From Octopus sinensis (taxonomy: Eukaryota): 64,000 bases of DNA. A program made the position numbers and the translations under genes. Below are positions 54,988-64,000 of this stretch, one piece after another. The stretch spans positions 89,528,001-89,592,000 of the forward strand of contig NC_042998.1 of NCBI RefSeq assembly GCF_006345805.1, read 5' to 3'. The notes beneath the pieces were generated by a model. The model made no database searches. It was not told where the DNA came from and was given only the letters and a program-made list of their open reading frames with translations. Each line of letters starts with the position of its first letter. Positions within the stretch are counted from its first letter, which is position 1.

Positions 54988-55019
54988 GCTACTAAGTTTC
55001 ACGTTCCCGTTCGTCGGGG
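54988..55019 (-). ncRNA. Degenerate family E hammerhead
   Basis: CCGACGA-ACG ggaa CGU-GAAA-CUUAG-UA; U4C, stem I lost. Confidence 0.4.
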
Positions 55020-55089
55020 ACACACATACATGATATATATATATATACATACATACATACATACATACATACATACATACATACATACA

Positions 55090-55121
<32 letters not shown>

Positions 55122-55209
55122 GTACAGTTCTATATTTAAGAGATGAGGAATTATGTACATTATTTATATTATTTACATTTGATGGATATTTGTCCTCATC
55201 TTTGTTGGT

Positions 55210-55255
55210 AACACAGCGTTTCGGCTGATATACCCTCCAGTCTTCATCAGGTGTC
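55210..55255 (-). ncRNA. Family C hammerhead with mutated cleavage triplet (GCU)
   Basis: GACAC-CUGAUGA-A-GACUG..CAGCC-GAAA-C GCU-GUGUU. Confidence 0.6.
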
Positions 55256-55291
55256 TTGGGGAAATTTCGAACCTGGATTCTCATTCCTTAT

Positions 55292-55331
<40 letters not shown>

Positions 55332-55543
55332 CAGCAGCAGCAGCAGCATCATGGCGAGCTGGCAGAAACGTTAGCACACTGGGTAAGATGCTTTGCGGCA
55401 TTTCATCCGTCCTTACGTTCTGAGTTCAAATTTCGCCGAGGTCGACTTTACCTTTCATTTCGGGGTCGATAGTTTTGTACTGGGGTCGATGTAATCGGCT
55501 ACCTCTCTCCCAAATTTCAGGCCTTGTGTCTGTGGTAAAAAGA

Positions 55544-55580
<37 letters not shown>

Positions 55581-55727
55581 TCACTGCCAGGAATCGAACT
55601 CGGAATCTTGTTGTTAGTAGCCCGTGCTCTTAACGACTACGCCATATGCCCGTAATATGGCGTAGTGGTAAGAGCGCGGGCTACTAACCAAAAGATTCCG
55701 AGTTCTATTCCAGGCAGTGGTCTGAAC

Positions 55728-55785
<58 letters not shown>

Positions 55786-55787
55786 TC

Positions 55788-55830
<43 letters not shown>

Positions 55831-55831
55831 G

Positions 55832-55866
<35 letters not shown>

Positions 55867-55915
55867 ATAATAATAATACCTTAGGAATGAGAACTCAGGT
55901 TCGAAATTGCCCCAA

Positions 55916-55953
55916 GACACCTGATGAAGGTGTATCAGCCGAAATGTTGTGTT
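55916..55953 (+). ncRNA. Family C hammerhead with stem II deletion
   Basis: GACAC-CUGAUGA-AGG ugua u CAGCC-GAAA-U GUU-GUGUU. Confidence 0.5.
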
Positions 55954-58448
55954 AACAACAAACAAGATGAGGAAAAATATCCGTCAAATGTAAATAATGT
56001 AAATAATGTATATGCATGTAGGGATATATGTGTGTTTATATATATATATATACCTGTGTGTGCGTGTGTGTGTGTGTGTGTGGTGTGTGTGTGTGTGTGT
56101 GTACATATATGTACACAGAAGAAATCTTTTATCACAATCTTTCAAAAATTGGTATCAAAATTTGATGATTTCAAACATTATAAATGAATTAAGTTATCCA
56201 CGCTCTGCAATAAATCTTCGGCCATTGTACTTAAAATCTTCAAACAAGTATTTATTTTGAGAATCACCATCGTACTTCTACAACTATCATTGCTATTAAG
56301 ATGTTTCCTTTAATCCCGACGTAGAGAAGATCAAAGTAGCACATCTACTAGCCGTAGAACTGCAGTAAGTGTGCAGTTATGATGATGAACACGAAATTGG
56401 GTTGTGATGGTATTAGTAATAGTATAGCATTTTTTTTATACTGTGAGCGGATCAACGTGAATGTTGACTCTCTCAAACATTCAGAAGCGGGTTCAAGTTG
56501 AGCTTTATATTCACTTTGAAAATCTCGCCAGAGCTCTCAAAACTATCAAATTAAGCAAAAGTGAAGTCCCGAAAAACTGGAAGTCCCGAAAAACTGGAAG
56601 TCCCTACATCGACACTCCTTATGTAATACAGACAGGATATCAACAAAATATCAAACCACGCTCATAAATTCATATTAAGAGAGGTGCCTCTCTACCAGAA
56701 TCAACTAGCTTGTATAGTATATAAAGCTTTAGACTGGCATGCTATTAATTATTTTCCAGATATTGAGTTCTATCTGAATTCCTCGGCCTTTTGGCTAAGA
56801 TCAAAGTGTAGTATTGTATGCGTTAAGTTCGCTTACAAACATAAAAGCTATGTAACGCTCGCCTGCGCGCACACACACACACATACATACATACATACAT
56901 ACATACATACATACATACATACATACATACATACATACATACATACATACATACATACATGCATGCATGCATATGTATATATCTAAGTATACATAGAGAA
57001 ATGTGTGTGTGTTATATACGTAAATATTTGCGTATGTGTGTGCCTGCTGATTTTAGTTCCAGTTAATTACTACCATGTCAGTTCTGATCGCCCAGACTTG
57101 TGATCTAAATACTTTATGCCTTGGCATATCGTATCATTTCTATCAGGTATAGGGTATCTAGGACTATGCTGCCATCATGTGCGTCCTTGATATGAATTGA
57201 GATTTGGTTAATATTTCTAGCAAATCTAGCCACCTTGTAGATGCTTCCTCGTTGACTATGTCGTTGTCAGTGAATGTGTGTTGCGTGTGTGTGTGTTTGT
57301 GTGCGCGCGCGCGCATACATGAACTCCTCATGAATGCAACATGGCCAAATACTTCAGAAGTTCACCCCAAAATTATAAGGTCTTATATTCGATCCCATTG
57401 CGCGGTAACATAGGTAAGTGTCTTTTATCCCATCTTTGGTTGGGCGGTATCCGTGTGGAGTGCCATCTGGAGAATTGTATCGGTAATTCAAATGTATAGC
57501 CTTGTCACGATGTCGCGTTAATTCTGTCTGAGAATTTCGTTAAGACGACACGTGTGTGTGACATACTCAGTCACACACAAAAACATTTGCTATTTCAATT
57601 ACCAGTTGTTTAAACAAATGAATATTCATCATTAAAACTGACGGAGATCCATTTAGCTACATGTGTGTGCGTGGGTGCGTGTGTGGGGATTGTTTCTTGT
57701 TTATTTATCCTTATTTCAATTTACTAACTCCACACAACATTTCCGAGTCTTTATTTTATTTCATTTTTTTTTCTATAGCTGTTTTTGTGGTTGATGTCTT
57801 GCATGATAGCGTGGTTATCTTTATTTCAAAAGAGGTCTCTCAAATGAATTCTTTGGCTGAACTTTGACTCTTATCTTACACACCACGCCCCTTCCATATA
57901 CAGCAGATAAACAAAACTATAGCAACAGAAGGAGATACGTAGACGTCCCTTACGTAGATTTGACCTACACATGACTAGCATGACACCATTATTCCCCTCT
58001 GCTTCTCTGTATCTTTCAATTCACTACTCCCTTTCTTGTCCTATCTCGTCTTATCTATTTTTATATCTCTCAATCTATCTCTTACCCTTGTAACAATCCA
58101 TCTCCCCCACACCACTGTTTTCTCTCCTTTTAATCATTGAACTATTTAACTGGGAAATTGTTTTCTCACTATCCTTCTGTGTTCTTCGATGTGGCGTTTT
58201 CTTTAATCCGTTTTCTGTTATTTAATATCAATTACTTTTGTATATAATCTCATTAAGAAATTTTCTTTCTTTCATTCGTTATCTCTCTCTCTCTTTCTCT
58301 CCCCTCCCCCCCCTCTCTTTTTATCAACCTAACCCTACCTAATTTATTCGCTCCATATCTTTTTTGTGGAATTTTTTTTTGTTATGGAAATCTAATTTAT
58401 GTCTTTTCATTTCTTTTCTAGTTAGAAAATCCTTATAAGAAATAAAAA

Positions 58449-58975
58449 CAGTAATTATACTGAGAAGTGGTGATTACAGCCACTTAAATATGGCTGTTCC
58501 GTACGAACCGACGTTACTGCTATTTTTAATCCCAAGAGGAAGCCTCCTTCAGCAGGTTATTCGATGCAATCTGCACCCGATATATATTGCAAGCAGGGGA
58601 GCAAACTCCTACCATTTTCCAGCTACGCGACCAGCAGAGCATACGGTTTTGACCTATTTGTGGTCATCCTCCGTGGTGTATGCTCGTCCGCTAGAGATAG
58701 CAGTAGTTCACTCCAGCTCAAAATATGTAGAGAACAAGTGACATACAGTCACTGATCATGCAACAAGCAAATTAGCAAGTCTGAAAACCTCTATAAGAGA
58801 TGAAAGTAGTAACTATACTGAGAAAGCAGTAACTGTGCATCGAATTACCTGGCGTCCTCCTGGGGGTTAAAATTGTAGTAACGTCAGTTCGTATGGAACA
58901 GCCACGTTTAAGTGACGATAAGTATTACTTCTCAGTATAGTTACTGTTTCTCAGTATAGCTACTCGCTTTCAAGT
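58449..58975. mobile_element. Foldback/MITE-like element with ~100 bp inverted repeats
   Basis: 58449-58546 is approximately the reverse complement of 58851-58947; the terminal motif agtaactatactgagaa recurs at 58809 and 58948. Confidence 0.65.
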
Positions 58976-61035
58976 GACGGTTGTGGTGGTTCAGAGGCCA
59001 TAATCTAAATATCATGAACCACCCCAATCTCACCCCAGTCATCATACACTTCTCGTCTAGTCTAGTAAGAAATTTGAACATGCATCAGTGTTGCTTTCAT
59101 TTCCTTATCTTCTTCACAAAATACCGACCTCTTCCTCAATCTGCTTCCTTTCTCTGTTTTCTGTCTTATCTCTTTCTTCAAATCATCATCTTCATGTGTT
59201 CGTTCTTTTCCAGCTCCTCACGTTCATTCAGTCAAAGATTGCTGTAATACATCTTTTACTTACTCCCTGGCTTGTAAACTTCGAGGTTGCTTTGATACAT
59301 TGATGAATGCACAACCGTAAATTTAAATCATATTGAAACGGAACTCTCAATAACATCACAGGAAATATAGAGAAACGACTGCTTTAGTGTACTTATACAG
59401 TATCACATATTCATAAGATGGTCGATAATCTGAACTGTTAGTGCATCAAACAGAATAACTTTTAGTCTTATTTAGACAGGTCAAGTCTCGAGAAAGCGCG
59501 TAGCTTCGTAGTTATACAAATGGGCTTTCTGTGTTGTATCCTTGGACAAGACACTTTATTTCCCGTGGCTCCACTCGACTCCACCGGGAAAAAATTAATA
59601 TTCAGACTAACAGAGAAGTTGCTCATCACCAAGTTAGTGAGTTAAAGTGACAGAGTTAACGAGACAGTTTTACGACTCAAAACCTACAGATCTAAAGAGG
59701 GTTACGTCCACAGGTGGACTGTCACAGTTTGTCACTTGTTCTTTAATTTCAAAGCCTGCCGAGATTTACTTCGGGTCAATAAAATGCACTTGGGTCAACT
59801 TCATTGACGATAACTTCGCTACAAACGTGTGGTCTGTTGCCTAAGTAAGAAATTCTCATTACATATATTTGCATATTTTGTTTCCTATGAACCCTTTAAA
59901 TTAGGTAGAATATTTTTTTAATCTATTCCTTCACTTGTTTCAGTTATTGAACCTTGAAAGATTTAAAATAAATCGATTACAGTACTTATTTTTTAAGTCC
60001 GCAACTTACTCTATAGGTTATTTTTTCAAACCGCTAAGTTGCAAGGACATAAACCAACAAGTAAATGAGAGGAGACAAACACACGCGCGCGCATACACAC
60101 AGACACATACATACATACATATATACATACATACATACATACATACATACATACATACATACATACGTGTGTGTATGTGTGTGTGAGTGTGTGTGTATGT
60201 GTGTATGTGTGTGAGTATGTGTGTGTGAGTGTTTGTGTGTGTGTGTGTGTGTGCGTGTGTATGACAGAAGTCCACACAGTTTTCTGTCTACTATATACAC
60301 TGGTCAGTCTGAAAATATGAGAGAAAACACCTTTTATGAAAGATATCCAGATGTCTCGGTCTTTTGACTGACAATAAAATATCACGAAAGAAATTAGATT
60401 AACAATCCGAGATGTCAAGTAGCACATACGTGGGGCGAGTTGCTTTACTAAGTTCTCAGTACAAGTAAAAAACAAATCTAGTTTGAACAAGCGTACAGAA
60501 GTTAAAGCACGCGAGGTGTTGAGAGTTGTTTGGAGTCAGTTGATTGGAAGGGGGGAAATCTGTGACACGGTTATGTTAGAGTTTATCTTAAATGAGGATA
60601 AACCCTTAGTGTGGTGATATTTATTACCTGAGCAAATATATATCAAATGAAGGGCTTTATTGACACTCACACTTCTGCAGCTCTGTTTTATTATCTTAAG
60701 TAAGATAACTATATCGGGGCCACATGAAATAGTATCTGTGCCATATCTACTTTCTATTTCCTGTACAATTTCTAATCAGGCGTCCCTAAATATATAGTTA
60801 AGTACGGGTTAAGATACTTATAGTGCGATAAAAAAAAATGACTTGCCAGACCCAGATAATGAGTTATATCAATTTTTCATTTAATTGTAGTGATATTTTT
60901 GCCGTATAAAACCCACCTATAAACTCCTGCGAAAAATAACAAAAATCATAGAGATTTTGTAAATCCATAATAGCTTTGTGCTCCTTCCAGTAACACACGA
61001 GTGCTTAACAAGTGTATAGAAAAATAAACCAGAGT

Positions 61036-61100
<65 letters not shown>

Positions 61101-61204
61101 AAGTTAATCCAAACACGAAAACACAAAGAGAAAACACAACAACGCGAGGACGTGGAACCAGCATAGTGTTATTAGACGCTCAGGAAAGGAAAGAGAGAAG
61201 GAGG

Positions 61205-61241
61205 ATTTAACGTTTCGAGCGGAGCTCTTCGTCAGATAAAT
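61205..61241 (-). ncRNA. Minimal type I hammerhead (family G)
   Basis: AUUU(au)-CUGACGA-A-GAGC ucc GCUC-GAAA-C GUU-AAAU. Confidence 0.65.
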
Positions 61242-61277
61242 AGGAAAAGGAAAGATCCAAGGAAGGAAGACGGAGGA

Positions 61278-61317
<40 letters not shown>

Positions 61318-61329
61318 ATGTGTAGAAGG

Positions 61330-61605
61330 GTCAAGGGATGGAGTAGAAAAGATCCGGGCTACATATGTTTCATAGCGAGCAGAACCTCGGAAGTGGTAAA
61401 TATCCAAACGAGGTGTATACCGCAGGCTACTCTTCCATGTGTTAACATGTACCTCCTTGCAACAATGCAAACCTTCATTTCATCAAGATATCCTTGGCCT
61501 TAAGAGTAGCCTGCAGCATACATCTCGCCTGGATATTTACCACTTCCGAGGTTCCGCTCTCTAAGAAACATATGTAGCCCGGAAATTATCTACTCCACTC
61601 CTTAA
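61330..61605. mobile_element. Family D inverted pair (~105 bp arms, ~67 nt spacer) with degenerate hammerheads at 61357-61437 (-) and 61496-61579 (+)
   Basis: Two-arm consensus GGC-CUGAAGA-GUAGC..GCUAU-GAAA-CAUAUG-UA-GCC. Confidence 0.65.
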
Positions 61606-61639
61606 CTCTTGTATTCGTATTCGCATACCCGGCAACCCT

Positions 61640-61800
61640 GGTTGCCTGCCGTGAAATATAAAAAGAACTTTTTTCAAATTTATCGTACTTCGATAAGAAA
61701 AAAATCCACAACCTTCCGTCTCAATAAACCACTGGTGTCCCTGAAAGTTGTTTTCTATATTTACTACGGATTGCTTGAAGCTGACTTTTTCCATACACCT
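61640..61800 (+). pseudogene. Possible Penelope-like ORF N-terminal remnant
   Basis: Frameshifted FSNLSYFDKKKI / RLNKPLVSLKV / CLK..LFPYT resembles PLE N-termini (from memory). Confidence 0.4.
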
Positions 61801-63486
61801 TGATTATATTCTAGTTGAATCCATGTCCAATTTCTTCAGCTGAAATATTGGTATTGAAAGAGATAGGAATCCTTTGGGCTTTAATGAACATTGAAACAAT
61901 GAAAACTTCCGGAGCAATCATCATCATTACTACATTAAGTAATTTTACAGATGTTCAATTTGTTTTCCAAATGTTTAATTTATTGATAGATTTATCTTTG
62001 ATGCGGTATTCTTAAAACCAAAGAACTTGGATCCAGACTATCAACTGTTTTGATCTATAACAATACGGACTGGCAATTAAAACTAATTGGTGCCAGCCTA
62101 ATGCCAGACGAGAAATGGTCAGGTACATAATTACGCAACATATCTCCCTTACACTTAACTGTCACTTTCAATTACTGCCCTTTTAACAAAGAACACAAAT
62201 CTGTTATTTCGCTGAAGAATTTTCTGTTTCTCTTTTTAATTACAAAGTAATGTAGAATAAGGAACTTCTCATGAGAAATAAGATTTGGTTTGTCTTGAAG
62301 TATTTAATTTATTATTAGCTTTTAGCCATGTCCATTATTTTCTTTTTACTGACAATTATCTGATTACAATCTGAAGGAAATTAGAACCATGCATTTTATA
62401 TTCAAAATACCCAGACAATAACTTCACGTCATTCATTATTTGAATTTCTGAATTAAAACTGCGTGAACGTTTAATTACAAAATAGCCTGCATTAGCATAG
62501 ACTGTGTCTCTATTATTTGCAACTTACAGTACTAAGTTGTTGCGCTTGTGGCAAAATTTGAAACCATTATTATTAGTAGTAGTAGTAATGCTACGAGCTT
62601 GCAGAATAGTTACCATAGCGGATAAAACACTTAGCTGGGGTCGATGCAGCTGGATAGCCCCCACCCCACCCACCAAATGTTTCTAGATTTGTGCCTATGG
62701 CAGAAAAGATTATTATTAGTTCTGTTAAGGGAACGAGCTGGCAGAAAAGAAATGCGGGGAACAAATGCATTTCTTCTGGCTCTTCACGTTCTGAATTCAA
62801 TTTCTGCTGCGGCCAATTTTGCCTTTCATCCTGCTGTGGTCGATAAAATTAAGTACTCAAGTAAGGCAGTTCATGTAATCGAATAAACAGCATCCCCACT
62901 AAAAATTGCTGACCTTGTGCCAAAATAAACATTATTATTTTTGCTGCTGCTGTTGTTGAGTTTGCGTGTACGGACTTGTTACAAAATTTTTGAATTCTTT
63001 TACTAAGAAAAACTAAAGGATATATTCCCTTTTGGATAGTTTTCAATAAAGAGCCACCTGGAACGCGTTGGACGTCTGCATCTATACCAAGAGAGACATA
63101 AGTTCTGTTATTGTTTTGGACTTAATTTTATTTTCCCTTTCTGTTTACATATCAGCTCATAATGGCTTCCTGCCATAGAAACAACGCCTTAAAAAAAAGC
63201 TAAAATAAATGTAGACAGAAGTATTTGTTCTGATTCTCTTCATGTTCAGAGTTCAAATCTCGATGTGGTCAACTTTACTGATCATGCTTCAGATATCGAT
63301 TAAATAAAGTACTAGTCATGAATGTCGATTAACTCTTCCCTACACATTTCTGACTTGTTGCTCATCTGAGAATCAATTATTATGAATGATTTCTAGACAG
63401 GCGATAGTTGCCCTAGAATGCTTTGCAGCATTAGATTTATTGACTAGTAATTTTATTTGTTTATTTTATTTTGTCATTTGAACGTC

Positions 63487-63975
63487 TAAGGCGGCGAGCT
63501 GGCAGAATCTTTAGCACGCCGGACGAAATGCTCAGCAGTATTTCGTCTGTCGCTACGTTCTGAGTTCAAATTCAGCCGAGGTTGACTTTGCCTTTCATTC
63601 TTTCGGGGTCGATTAAATAAAGTACCAGTTATGCACTGGAGTCGATATAATCGACTTAATCCGTTTGTCTGTCCTTGTTTGACCTCTCTTTGTTTAGCCC
63701 CTTGTGAGTAGTAAAGAAATAGGTATTTCGTCTGCCGTTACGTTCTGAGTAAAAATTCCGCCGAGGTCGACTTTGCCTTTCATCCTTTCGGAGTCGATTA
63801 AATAAGTACCAGTTACGTACTGGGTCGATATAATCGACTTAATCCGTTTGTCTGTCCTTGTTTGTCCTCTCTGTGTTTAGCCCCTTGTGGGTAGTAAAGA
63901 AATAGCTATTTCGTTCGAGTTCAAATTCCACTGAGTCGACTTTGCATTTTGATCCTTTCGGGCTCGATAAAATAA
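63487..63975 (+). mobile_element. tRNA-SINE with partial head-to-tail tandem duplications
   Basis: Full copy 63487-63723, then restarts at tatttcgt near 63724 and 63907. Confidence 0.85.
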
Positions 63976-64000
63976 TGCAACCTTTACTCGCTGGTGTTCA

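Larger units (their letters stand above)
55123..56008. mobile_element. Palindromic dimer of [tRNA-like head-(AAT)n-family C HHR tail] with a nested SINE at 55354-55545
   Basis: Heads 55575-55651 (-) and 55655-55726 (+); tails 55123-55289 (-) and 55877-56008 (+). Confidence 0.8.

Noticed and set aside
49340-56606. Short tandem duplications (26 bp near 49345, 17 bp near 56564, also about 22 bp near 28971)
   Set aside because: Ordinary slippage duplications with no further structure.

Overview
AT-rich, microsatellite-dense eukaryotic DNA. The repeat style (tRNA-derived SINEs, TA/CA/ATT/ATCT tracts) suggests an octopus or other cephalopod genome, which is an inference. No protein-coding gene can be confidently called. 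Most ORF-track entries are microsatellite translations, and only a few weak splice-flanked exon candidates exist (36.3-39.2 kb). Recognisable fossils are an RTE-type LINE, an R4/Dong RLE LINE in (TAA)n, a CR1-type LINE, mariner, Tc1-like and pogo/Tigger transposase remnants, hAT MITEs, Helentron/HINE-like elements and many SINEs. The main signal is about 16 type I hammerhead ribozyme (HHR) motifs, read by eye, from at least 7 unrelated short repeat families. Most have a palindromic stem III, and at six loci they form head-to-head pairs (left copy on -, right copy on +). Two families (A and B) are 353-360 nt head-to-tail monomers sharing covarying stems, and family A has a compensatory U3-A8 core. 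A third family (C) follows a Penelope GIY-YIG remnant and a tRNA-like head. Together this looks like a diverse Penelope-like/retrozyme system. No folding or database search was run, and coordinates of degenerate elements are approximate.
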